Made by a program: the position numbers and the translations under genes | Notes under the pieces: model-generated | Databases searched by the model: none | The model's input: the letters and a program-made list of their open reading frames with translations, nothing else | What the model was told of the DNA's origin: nothing | Shown here: piece by piece, positions 17,550 to 26,606 of the stretch | Layout: every line of letters starts with the position of its first letter | How positions within the stretch are numbered: the stretch's first letter is position 1 | Assembly: GCA_020429465.1 (NCBI GenBank) | Contig: JAGQLH010000002.1 | Coordinates: 1 to 36,329, forward strand | Source: Candidatus Dojkabacteria bacterium | GTDB lineage: Bacteria > Patescibacteriota > Dojkabacteria > B142 > WJKM01 | Length of the DNA stretch: 36,329 nucleotides | Reading direction: 5' to 3'

Positions 17550-18881
17550 ATGTATCCTAGTATTAAAGTTAGAAAATATATTCAGATCGCAACAGTTGTT
17601 TTTCCTCTTATCATTGTAACGGTACTTTGGATTGGGGCTAAAATTGCATCGGATTCTCCGCTAAGCTGGATGGAAATTCCTCGCTATACCAGTCAGATTA
17701 TTTCCCTCTGGGCAATCATATTGCTCGCGATGGATTATCTTCTTGCCGCACGGGTAAGGATATTGGAAAGGGTGTTTGGTGGACTCGATCAAACGTATAA
17801 ATTACACAGACTGCTTGCTGGAGTTGCATTCGCTTTTATAATTGCACATCCAATCCTTCTTATTCCAGGTGCCATGGATAGCTTTAGTCAGGTAATGACG
17901 CTATTTATCCCGTTCCATCCAGAAGGGTTCCCAGCAAAAACTGCAGGAATTATTTCGTTGTACAGCTATATAATTTTGATTTTGTTTAGTTTTTTCAGAT
18001 TTCTTCCGTATGATGTGTGGAAATTCACCCATAAGCTTCTAGGGATTCCATTTCTTTTTGGATCTTTCCATGCATTGAATGCATTTAGTGATGTTCGAGC
18101 ATATCCTCCGCTCAAATTTTGGGTAGCGCTATGGATTGTAGTGGGGATAGGTTCGTATCTTTATAAATTAGTACTATATGATGTAATTGGACCACGGTAT
18201 CGTTACAAAGTTAAAAAACATACTAGGAATGGGAGTACGTTCGAATTGTTTTTAGAACCTGTAGGGAGAAAAATGAACTATGAGCCGGGACAATTCATTT
18301 TTATGAAATATAAAAATCATGAAATTATTCCAAACGAGAAACATCCGTTTTCTATATCTTCCCCACCATCAAAAGACTTTCTTAGAATTTCGTACCATGT
18401 TTTTGGAGATTACACTACAATACTTTCTCAAAATGCAAAAGAGGGTGATTTCGTAGATTTGTATGGTCCATACGGAGAGTTTACCTCATATGTTTATGGA
18501 ATGTATAAAAAACAGATCTGGATAGCAGGAGGAATAGGGGTAACCCCTTTTTTAAGTATGTTGCATTACGAAGCATTCAATTCCGATTCAAAAGAAATTT
18601 ACTTCTATTATTGCAATAGAGATGCCCGAGATCATACATATTACAATGAAATAGCTGACCTTATGAAACGTGGGGATGATACCCTTAACTTTGGTTCGTG
18701 TCTTACTTCTCAACGGGGAAGATTGACTGCAGATCAAGTGATTCAAATGATAGGGGATGTTTCTGAGTATGTCGTTCTTATCTGTGGGCCAAAAATTATG
18801 ATGCAAAGTTTGAAATCACAATTTATTGAAAAGGGCGTACCATCACATAAGATAATTTTTGAAGACTTTGGATTTGTATAG
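17550..18881 (+). CDS. NOX / ferric-reductase-family flavocytochrome: 6-TM bis-haem ferric-reductase domain fused to FAD- and NAD(P)H-binding domains
   Basis: His pairs spaced as in NADPH oxidases: KLHRLLAGVAFAFIIAHP (H..H offset 14) and THKLLGIPFLFGSFHA (offset 13). FAD motif HPFSISS, NAD(P)H motif AGGIGVTPFLSML, and C-terminal VLICGP. Confidence 0.8.
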   Translation: MYPSIKVRKYIQIATVVFPLIIVTVLWIGAKIASDSPLSWMEIPRYTSQIISLWAIILLAMDYLLAARVRILERVFGGLDQTYKLHRLLAGVAFAFIIAHPILLIPGAMDSFSQVMTLFIPFHPEGFPAKTAGIISLYSYIILILFSFFRFLPYDVWKFTHKLLGIPFLFGSFHALNAFSDVRAYPPLKFWVALWIVVGIGSYLYKLVLYDVIGPRYRYKVKKHTRNGSTFELFLEPVGRKMNYEPGQFIFMKYKNHEIIPNEKHPFSISSPPSKDFLRISYHVFGDYTTILSQNAKEGDFVDLYGPYGEFTSYVYGMYKKQIWIAGGIGVTPFLSMLHYEAFNSDSKEIYFYYCNRDARDHTYYNEIADLMKRGDDTLNFGSCLTSQRGRLTADQVIQMIGDVSEYVVLICGPKIMMQSLKSQFIEKGVPSHKIIFEDFGFV

Positions 18882-18940
18882 TGACAAATGTTTATGTGAA
18901 TTTGAGGTATAATTGCATCAATTAGATTGTACTATATAAC

Positions 18941-20200
18941 ATGGAAATAGGAATAATAGGTGGTGGAGCAGCTGGAATAATGGCTGCAATTGTATCTAAA
19001 CGTTCAGCCCACTTCAGCAATGTCACCCTGATAGAAAAAAATGAACAAATAGGTAAAAAAATACTTGTGTGTGGTGCAGGTAGGTGTAATCTGACAAATC
19101 GAAAAATAAAACCAGATCGCTACTATGGTGCCCCAAAGCAATTTATTGGGACCGTACTCAACCAATTCGGGAGTGAGCAAATAATTGATTTTTTTGAGAA
19201 CCTTGGTATCGAAGTATACGAAGAGGAGAAAAATGGAAAACGAAAAGGGAAAATTTTTCCAGTAACAAATCAGGCAGCAACTATTGTTGAACTTTTAGAA
19301 AGTGAGTTAAAGAGGTTAGGAGTCACTGTTTTAACCGAAACAGAGGTCAAAACACTTGAATACGATTCTTCTACTGAAAAGTTTGTAGTTGAGACTACAG
19401 AGAGAGAATTAAATTTCGACAAGTGCATATTAGCAGCTGGGGGAAAAACATATCCAAATCTAGGTGCAACAGGTATTGGATACGAACTAGCTAAGAAGTT
19501 TGGACATACAATTATTGAGCCAGTACCTTCTGCAATCCCGTTACGAGTTGATCACTGGCTTATGCCTCGATTGAGTGGTGTACGAATAACCGCAGAGGTT
19601 ACTTCCATCATTGATGGCGAAGAAGTTCATTCGGATACTGATGAGATAATGTTTACAAAATTTGGTATAACTGGACCTGCGATACTTAATATTTCCCGAG
19701 AGATTTCTGTACATATTAATCGTGAAAATAAACAAAACGCGAGGATGAGAGTGAATGTGTTCCCTGGGAAGTCATTTGATGAAGTATTTTCATTGTTTCA
19801 AGATCGTTGGTTTGCCCGTCCAGATCAGGAAGTATTGTTTAGTCTGTATGGGATTTTACCTAATAAATTCTCACAAACTATTTTGCAATTTCTCCGTATT
19901 GAACCAACAAGGCATAATGAATTATTGACTACAGAAGAAAAGAAGCAAATAGTACAGGTTTTGCAATCATTAGAAGTTGAGGTAGAAGCAACACGAACAT
20001 GGAATGAAGGTGAGTTCACTGCTGGGGGGGTATTTGTAAAGGAGATTCATCCGCAGACAATGGAATCAAAAATAATACCTAACTTATTCCTTGCAGGGGA
20101 AGTAGTTAATATCGATGGAGATGTAGGAGGGTTCAATCTTTCATGGGCATGGGCATCTGGGTATGTTGCTGGTGAGGCAGTGGCTAGTGGTGTTGACTAA
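18941..20200 (+). CDS. HI0933/BaiN-like NAD(P)/FAD-dependent flavoprotein (TIGR00275-type)
   Basis: Rossmann motif IGIIGGGAAGIMAA; family-typical VCGAGRCNLTN; C-terminal LFLAGEVVNIDGDVGGFNLSWAWASG. Confidence 0.8.
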   Translation: MEIGIIGGGAAGIMAAIVSKRSAHFSNVTLIEKNEQIGKKILVCGAGRCNLTNRKIKPDRYYGAPKQFIGTVLNQFGSEQIIDFFENLGIEVYEEEKNGKRKGKIFPVTNQAATIVELLESELKRLGVTVLTETEVKTLEYDSSTEKFVVETTERELNFDKCILAAGGKTYPNLGATGIGYELAKKFGHTIIEPVPSAIPLRVDHWLMPRLSGVRITAEVTSIIDGEEVHSDTDEIMFTKFGITGPAILNISREISVHINRENKQNARMRVNVFPGKSFDEVFSLFQDRWFARPDQEVLFSLYGILPNKFSQTILQFLRIEPTRHNELLTTEEKKQIVQVLQSLEVEVEATRTWNEGEFTAGGVFVKEIHPQTMESKIIPNLFLAGEVVNIDGDVGGFNLSWAWASGYVAGEAVASGVD

Positions 20201-20256
20201 AATCTGTTAGAATTCGAGTATTTAGTACCAGCTTATTTTTCACTATAGCAAGACAT

Positions 20257-21174
20257 ATGGATGATATAACACCGGAGAATTCAGGCGAGAAATTGGATGA
20301 TTTAACCGTGTCTAAAGATGAGGAACTTTCCTTAACGCCAGATATTGAAGATGATACAGTTAAGCCTCCTGTTAAAGAACCTAAGAAAAAACCCAAGACA
20401 AAGCTTCTGGTTATGATTCTTCTTCCATTGCTTTTTTTGTGCGTAAGTACTTTTGTATTTCTCCTCGTATCTGCATTTCTAAGAGTTCGTAACGCCGAGA
20501 CTGCAGAGTATAAAAGAGTTATGCCTGAAGTTCAAGATGTTGTAAGCATTGAATTACCCTTGAGTGATGTACAGATCATTGAAAGTGATACATCTGAAAT
20601 GAATATCTCACTTCAAGGACCAGAATACTTTATAGCAAGCTTGCGTTTAACAGAATTCTTTTCAACTACAAAATTAGGAACAAGATATTTCTCTCCAGCT
20701 TCTTCACCTTTTATTCGTATGTTTTCGCGTGATGAACAGCTTTCAGGAACGATTAGTATACCTACAGGAGTTGCCTTGGAGCTTATTGTAGATAATGAAT
20801 CAATTATACGTGTAGATGGTGTATCTACAACGTATCAAGTAGAAGCAGATGGGGATTCGCAAGTAATTATTACCAATAGTAGTGTTGAGAATGGTATTTT
20901 TTCTCTCAATAGTAATGCACATGTTGAAATTGCGGATTGTCAGGGCAATCTTTCTCTTGTTGTGAAAGATAAGGGAGATTTTGTAGCTGAAAAATGCCTA
21001 TTGGAAGAGATAACGATAGATGTTGATGGTACAGGTTCAATTGAAATACAAGATGGGACCATTACAAATGGGTTTATTTCAATGTCAGGAAAAGGATCAA
21101 TAGTAATTCCTCGTCCATCAGAACGCACAAGACAAGATGTCGATGGCACGGGCGAAGTTCAGTTTTTAAACTAA
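20257..21174 (+). CDS. Hypothetical bitopic membrane protein with a beta-helix-like (DUF2807/DUF4097-like) ectodomain
   Basis: Acidic N-terminus, KKKPKTK stop-transfer, and TM LLVMILLPLLFLCVSTFVFLLVSAFL. C-terminal repetitive VDG.G.I segments (VDGTGSIEI, MSGKGSIVI, VDGTGEVQF). The domain call is tentative. Confidence 0.7.
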   Translation: MDDITPENSGEKLDDLTVSKDEELSLTPDIEDDTVKPPVKEPKKKPKTKLLVMILLPLLFLCVSTFVFLLVSAFLRVRNAETAEYKRVMPEVQDVVSIELPLSDVQIIESDTSEMNISLQGPEYFIASLRLTEFFSTTKLGTRYFSPASSPFIRMFSRDEQLSGTISIPTGVALELIVDNESIIRVDGVSTTYQVEADGDSQVIITNSSVENGIFSLNSNAHVEIADCQGNLSLVVKDKGDFVAEKCLLEEITIDVDGTGSIEIQDGTITNGFISMSGKGSIVIPRPSERTRQDVDGTGEVQFLN

Positions 21175-21191
21175 GTTTCGATAACAATTTT

Positions 21192-22295
21192 ATGAAAAAC
21201 TCACATGCTACGCAGGCTAGGGAGACACTGCAGTTGGTACGGGAAAAATTGGATGAGAAATTAGACATATTTTTTCAACAGTTATTTAAGGATATCAAAC
21301 AGAGTTACTCGGAGTATTCGTATGAGTCTTTTAAGCCGCTGTGGGATGTAACGGCAAGAGGTGGAAAGCGACTCAGGGGGTCATTTGTAATCAAGACATA
21401 TGAGTTAATTGCACATGATATTCCAAACAGTGTGTATGATATTGGTATGGCAATAGAGATGACACACGCATATTTACTCATTTTGGATGATATTGCAGAT
21501 CGATCCAATCAAAGAAGAGGTGGTAAGACTGCTCATAAAATGATTGAACGGTATTACAAGGAAAATAAAACCTTTAAGACTGTAGATGCAGAACATTTTG
21601 GTAATTCAATTGCGATCTTTGTAGCATTAGTAAACCAGCATTTAGCATCCAATGTGATTTTAGATAGTTCATTCCCAGTAGAGAAAAAACTCGAAGTTCT
21701 ACATTTTCTTAATAGGACTATCTATGAAACTGTTCATGGTCAGTTGAATGATATTTTTAATGAAATACGTGTTGATGTTAGTGAAGAAGACATAGTAAAT
21801 GTGTTGAAATTGAAAACTGGGCTATATACTTACGAGAATCCAATATCAATCGGTGCTGCACTTGCAGGAGCAAGTATAGAGGAACAAAAAATCTTGAGAG
21901 ATTATGCGATTCCTGCAGGAATCGCATTCCAGATTCAAGATGATATTCTTGGCGTATTCGGAGATCCTGAAAAACTTGGGAAACCAAATTTAGATGATAT
22001 TAGAGAAGGAAAAATGACACTCCTTGTACATCATGCACTAAAAGTTGGAAATGAAAGTCAAAAAGCAATAATTGAGCATTCACTTGGAAATCCAGAATTT
22101 AACTCAGATATGCTCGAAGATGTTAGGAAGGTAATGATAGATACCGGGTCATTAGATTATTCCAAGACGAAAGCAACGGAATATGTTATGAAAGCTAAAC
22201 AGGAATTAAAACAGGGGTTGGAATTTAACTGGAGCGAGGAAGGGTATAACTATCTAATGGGGATAGCTGATTATATGATTCAACGTAAATTGTAA
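21192..22295 (+). CDS. crtE: Polyprenyl diphosphate synthase, probable geranylgeranyl-diphosphate synthase
   Basis: FARM LILDDIADRSNQRRG with Tyr at -5; SARM FQIQDDILGVFGD; KTG..T motif. Located 2 nt upstream of crtI. Confidence 0.85.
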   Translation: MKNSHATQARETLQLVREKLDEKLDIFFQQLFKDIKQSYSEYSYESFKPLWDVTARGGKRLRGSFVIKTYELIAHDIPNSVYDIGMAIEMTHAYLLILDDIADRSNQRRGGKTAHKMIERYYKENKTFKTVDAEHFGNSIAIFVALVNQHLASNVILDSSFPVEKKLEVLHFLNRTIYETVHGQLNDIFNEIRVDVSEEDIVNVLKLKTGLYTYENPISIGAALAGASIEEQKILRDYAIPAGIAFQIQDDILGVFGDPEKLGKPNLDDIREGKMTLLVHHALKVGNESQKAIIEHSLGNPEFNSDMLEDVRKVMIDTGSLDYSKTKATEYVMKAKQELKQGLEFNWSEEGYNYLMGIADYMIQRKL

Positions 22296-22297
22296 TC

Positions 22298-23773
22298 ATG
22301 CGAGGAAAGAAAGTCGCTATTATTGGTGCAGGTATTTCAGGTCTAGCGGTTGCTCCTATTCTGGCAAAAAAAGGGTTTGAAGTTGAAGTATATGAAAAAA
22401 ATAACCAACCAGGCGGAAGAGCTATGGTACTTGAGGACTCTGGTTTCAAATTCGATATGGGGCCATCATGGTATATGATGCCAGAAATTTTTGATCAGTG
22501 GTTTGCCAAACTTGGAAGAAAACGCGAAGATTACTTCTCAATATCTAAATTGAATCCTAATTACCGTCTATTCTTTCCAGATGATGAAAAAATTACTATC
22601 ACAACAGATTGGGATGAATTAGAAAATATCTTCGAAAAATATGAGCCCGGAAGTGGTGTGAGACTTCGGAAATATCTTGATGAATCAGAAGAGAAATATA
22701 ACGTGGCTGTTGATAAGTACCTCTCAATGAACTTTACCTCTCTGTGGCAACTTCTAGACTTTGATCTCCTTAGGAAAGCGGTTGTATGGAAAATGTGGAG
22801 ATCTTGGAACGAACATGTATGTAAATCATTCAAAAACGCAAAGCTACAGAAAGTTCTCCTGTGGCCAGCAGTATTTTTAGGTGGAAGCCCAAAAAACTTA
22901 CCGTCCTTGTATTCACTAATGTCACATGTTGATTTACAACAAGGTGTTTTTTATCCTGACAGGGGATTTCAATCATTAGTACAAGCGATGTATGAGGTTG
23001 GTACAGAAGAAGGGGTTAATTATAGCTTTAATTCAGAAGTACAGAAGATACATGTTAAGAATGGTAAAGCTGTGAGTTTAGTTGTTAATGATTCAATCAA
23101 AGAAGTAGATTTGGTCATTGGTAGTGCAGATTATCAGCACATTGAGGAGCATCTACTACCCAATACAGAAAAGCAATTTATTAATTGGGATCAAAGGGTT
23201 TTGGGTCCACATACCTTCTGCATATACCTAGGAATTTCTAAACAATTACATAACTTGACACATCATAATTACTATTTTCAAGAGGATGAAGAATGGGATG
23301 ATCATTTCTCTGCAATTTTTGGTAAAAAACAGTGGCCAAAAAATCCTTCAGTGTATATTTGCTGTCCTTCGAAAACAGATAATCAGGTAGCACCAAAAGG
23401 GCAGGAGAATATATTTATGCTTATTCCTGTAGCCTCAGGTCTGAATGATACTAATGAGGAACGTGAAAAATTATATAACTATTCAATCAATATTCTCGAA
23501 AAGGTTACGGGAGATTCGATTCAGGATCATGTAGTCTTCAAAAAGATTATCTCCCATAGGGACCATATTGAATTGTATAATGCATTTCAGGGTAATAGTC
23601 TTGGACTTGCTCAGACATTACTGCAGACAGGTCCATTTCGTTTGAAAATGAGACATCCAAATATATCGAATTTATTTTATACTGGCCACTATACTCAACC
23701 TGGAACAGGTACCCCAATTTGTGTCCGATCAGGGGAGATTGTAGCTGAAGAGGTAATGAAATACTATGAATAG
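22298..23773 (+). CDS. crtI: Phytoene desaturase (CrtI family)
   Basis: KKVAIIGAGISGLAVAPILAKKGFEVEVYEKNNQPGGRA...GFKFDMGPSW; C-terminal NLFYTGHYTQPGTGTPICVRSGE. Confidence 0.9.
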   Translation: MRGKKVAIIGAGISGLAVAPILAKKGFEVEVYEKNNQPGGRAMVLEDSGFKFDMGPSWYMMPEIFDQWFAKLGRKREDYFSISKLNPNYRLFFPDDEKITITTDWDELENIFEKYEPGSGVRLRKYLDESEEKYNVAVDKYLSMNFTSLWQLLDFDLLRKAVVWKMWRSWNEHVCKSFKNAKLQKVLLWPAVFLGGSPKNLPSLYSLMSHVDLQQGVFYPDRGFQSLVQAMYEVGTEEGVNYSFNSEVQKIHVKNGKAVSLVVNDSIKEVDLVIGSADYQHIEEHLLPNTEKQFINWDQRVLGPHTFCIYLGISKQLHNLTHHNYYFQEDEEWDDHFSAIFGKKQWPKNPSVYICCPSKTDNQVAPKGQENIFMLIPVASGLNDTNEEREKLYNYSINILEKVTGDSIQDHVVFKKIISHRDHIELYNAFQGNSLGLAQTLLQTGPFRLKMRHPNISNLFYTGHYTQPGTGTPICVRSGEIVAEEVMKYYE

Positions 23774-24590
23774 TTCGCAAGCACAAAAAATTTTCAAAGC
23801 AGCAAGTGTAACACATTATTATGCTTCAATCTTCTTTCCAAAACGCATACGAAACGATGTAATCAAATTCTATGCTTTCGTCCGAATAGCAGATGATCTA
23901 GCTGAGAATACCAAAACGAAGGAAGAATACGATGAATTCAGGGATAGTTATTTTAGAGCTCGACAAGGAGAGAAGGTAGTAAATACATTGGTGAGTGACT
24001 ATGTTAGTGTCGAGAAAAAGAGATTTATCCCGAATGAATATATGGATGCATTTTTCTCATCAATGGACGCAGATAAAAAGAAATACCAGTATGAGGATTT
24101 TAAAGAATTAGATAAGTATATCTATGGCTCTGCAGAAGTTATTGGTCTTGTACTCACAAAAATAATGCAACTCTCTGACAATTCATATGAATTTGCACAG
24201 AAATTAGGGTATGCGTATCAGTATGCTAATTTCATCCGAGACATCGATGAAGATAGGCGGATGGGGAGAACTTATATACCCATTGAAGAATTTCAAAAAT
24301 TTGGAATCGATTACCACAAAGTTCCGAAAACAGAAGATCAAAAAAAACAATTCAAGAAATTTCTACGAGCACAAATTGAAAGATATCGAGTGATTACAAA
24401 AGAGGCAGAGAAGGGATTCCATTTTATTCCATGGCGCATGAGGCTTCCAATTAAAGCATCGACACGAATGTACAATTGGACTATGGATAAAATTTATCAG
24501 GATCCCATGATTGTATACAAAAAGAAGGTTAAGCCCACAAAGAATCGTGTGATATTTTCCGTCTTCGAGTCATTATTTTCCTTATCGTAA
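23766..24590 (+). CDS. crtB: Phytoene synthase (squalene/phytoene synthase family; CrtB, or possibly CrtM)
   Basis: YYASIFFPKRIRNDVIKFYAFVRIADDLAE, YGSAEVIGL, YQYANFIRDIDEDRRMGRTYIP. Its start overlaps the crtI stop (ATGAATAG). Confidence 0.9.
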   Translation: MNSSQAQKIFKAASVTHYYASIFFPKRIRNDVIKFYAFVRIADDLAENTKTKEEYDEFRDSYFRARQGEKVVNTLVSDYVSVEKKRFIPNEYMDAFFSSMDADKKKYQYEDFKELDKYIYGSAEVIGLVLTKIMQLSDNSYEFAQKLGYAYQYANFIRDIDEDRRMGRTYIPIEEFQKFGIDYHKVPKTEDQKKQFKKFLRAQIERYRVITKEAEKGFHFIPWRMRLPIKASTRMYNWTMDKIYQDPMIVYKKKVKPTKNRVIFSVFESLFSLS

Positions 24591-25291
24591 TGGAATTTGT
24601 GTATCTCATTATAAATCTTGTAGTTTGGTGCATTCCGCTGAGCGCTTCAGTGATGGGGCTAGGTAAAAAGGAGTATTTCGTTCAACGATTCATTGCTGGA
24701 TTAGTAACTATTGGCTTTGGATTTATTATATGGGATGTATGGGCAACAGCAAATAATGTATGGTCATTTAATACAGAGTACATAACAGGACATACAATAG
24801 GGGGACTTCCAATAGAAGAAATTTTGTTTTTTATAACTATTCCGTATAGTTGTCTTGCTATCTACCATGGACTTGGGTATATAAAGTTGAAGGAAATGGA
24901 ACGATCTATCAAAGTTCCTCGATTAATCGGGATGGTACTAGCTGGTATTTGTTTAATACTAGGATTGGTTTATTGGGCAAAAAAGTATACTAGTCCGGTA
25001 TTAGTTTTGACTTCAATTATACTTTGGCTACTCCTCCGTTATTATAGATATCTTCTCCCTGTTCGCTATGTGGTATTTATGGTGATATCCTACTTCTTTT
25101 TTATTATTATAAATGGGATACTTACGGGGCTTCCAATTGTCATCTATACACCCGATCACATAGTAGGAACAAGGATATTGACTATACCCGTGGAAGATTT
25201 CTTTTATAATTTCTCGCTACTTACCTTATATTTACTAGTATATGAATATACCGGTAGATGTATTGGTATTAATAAGGAACGATACCGCTAG
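24590..25291 (+). CDS. crtY: Lycopene cyclase, fused CrtYc/CrtYd-type (two lycopene-cyclase domains)
   Basis: 233-aa polytopic protein with duplicated motifs GLPIEEILFFITIPY and LTIPVEDFFYNFSL. TAATG overlap with crtB. Confidence 0.8.
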   Translation: MEFVYLIINLVVWCIPLSASVMGLGKKEYFVQRFIAGLVTIGFGFIIWDVWATANNVWSFNTEYITGHTIGGLPIEEILFFITIPYSCLAIYHGLGYIKLKEMERSIKVPRLIGMVLAGICLILGLVYWAKKYTSPVLVLTSIILWLLLRYYRYLLPVRYVVFMVISYFFFIIINGILTGLPIVIYTPDHIVGTRILTIPVEDFFYNFSLLTLYLLVYEYTGRCIGINKERYR

Positions 25292-26378
25292 GGTTTACAC
25301 GGTTCGATCGATTAACGACGTTACTGTGTTTAGATATACTAAAGTGTAAATGTGTCCCAAAGCAATATCCCGAACATCCCATCATACCTATTTCCTCACC
25401 TCGTTTAACCGTGTCTCCAGCTGAGACTTTAAGATCTGATCCCATATGTGCATAAAGAGATTGGAGGCCGTTTTTGTGTTCGATTACTACAAAATTACCG
25501 AGAGAACGTCCGTATTCAGCTCGCAAAATTTTCCCGTCACCAATACTAACAATCGGGCAAGAAGAAATAGATGTATCTGCTCTAAGCGGAAAGTCAACAC
25601 CTGTATGACCATATGACCACCCACGACTAATGTAATAAGAATTTTCACACGATGGGTGAGAGAGTGGACTTTGTAAGACTTCTGAACAATCTTTTAGCTC
25701 TTGGACCGGCTTTGTTGGATGAGAAGTATTACCTGAATCTATACGCATAACTATATCTGCAAATTCTGAACGTGTGATTTCATCTTGGGCGCATTCGATG
25801 GATAGTGGGATTGCGTTTCTATGATTAAGCCAACCAAAGAAATCTTTCTCGGAAGGATCGGGCTCATACTTCCTCATAATGAATTTAGCTGCTGAGTCGA
25901 AGGTTAATAACTCATCTGGTCTAAAGGTATTATCAAGATAACCATTGGTTAAATTTTGTTCTAATGCTTCGCAGATGAATGGAGCGAATAAGTGTTCATT
26001 TGATATATCCTTAAACTCTTCAAGTGAGCAGGCTGGAAGTTTTTGACTTGTCGTTTCGTCTAGGGTTGTAAGTATTTTTATTGCTTCTCCACGTGTAATA
26101 GGAGAATCTGTCCGTAACTTTGATATAGCTCCTCGTTCCTGGAGGTACCGTAGAGAAGTATCTTCCCGGGCAAAGACAGGATATGTCAGGCTAAGGGTAA
26201 AGAGTGAAAATAAAACGACAGTGAAAATTGTTAATAAGCGTATTGTAGGGTAATGAAAAATTCTACCTCGAGAGGGGGGATCGGTATCGCGTAATTCAAT
26301 TAAAGTTTTCATGCAACACGCATCAAAAGTTAGATAGGTGTCCCCATTACTTTCAAAAAATTTAGCAATGGAAAGCAT
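25269..26378 (-). CDS. Secreted or anchored M23 (LytM-type) metallopeptidase with SLH-like N-terminal domains
   Basis: M23 motifs HTGVDFPL ... GNFVVIEHKNGLQSLYAHMGS ... GEEIGMMGCSG...GTHLHFSI. SLH-like FKDISNEHLFAPFICEALEQNLTNGYLDNTFRPDELLTFDSAAKFI. Signal anchor LLTIFTVVLFSLFTLSLTYPVFA. The true start may be the internal MKTLIEL at 26312. Confidence 0.85.
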   Translation of the reverse strand: MLSIAKFFESNGDTYLTFDACCMKTLIELRDTDPPSRGRIFHYPTIRLLTIFTVVLFSLFTLSLTYPVFAREDTSLRYLQERGAISKLRTDSPITRGEAIKILTTLDETTSQKLPACSLEEFKDISNEHLFAPFICEALEQNLTNGYLDNTFRPDELLTFDSAAKFIMRKYEPDPSEKDFFGWLNHRNAIPLSIECAQDEITRSEFADIVMRIDSGNTSHPTKPVQELKDCSEVLQSPLSHPSCENSYYISRGWSYGHTGVDFPLRADTSISSCPIVSIGDGKILRAEYGRSLGNFVVIEHKNGLQSLYAHMGSDLKVSAGDTVKRGEEIGMMGCSGYCFGTHLHFSISKHSNVVNRSNRVNPSGIVPY

Positions 26379-26606
26379 TGAAACAAATCAATGCTTTTTG
26401 GCAATACTTACAATCAGTATTGCAAGCTGGACAGTGTGTTCACTTAGGTTAATAAGTGGGTTTCAAGAAAACGAACCATGTTACCACAGGTAAATCATTG
26501 GATGCAACTTTAAGTCTTTTGGGAATAGACGTATACTGGAAAGAACTGCTATTGCTTGTATTTCTATCTAAGTCAATAGGGATTTTCTAGTTAGTTACTA
26601 ATTGTT

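Noticed and set aside
17550-25291. Treating the whole eight-gene plus-strand run (NOX-like to lycopene cyclase) as one functional biosynthetic island
   Set aside because: Only the four crt genes are tightly coupled. The 56-59 nt gaps before the HI0933 and beta-helix genes allow separate promoters, and I know of no established link between those families and carotenogenesis.
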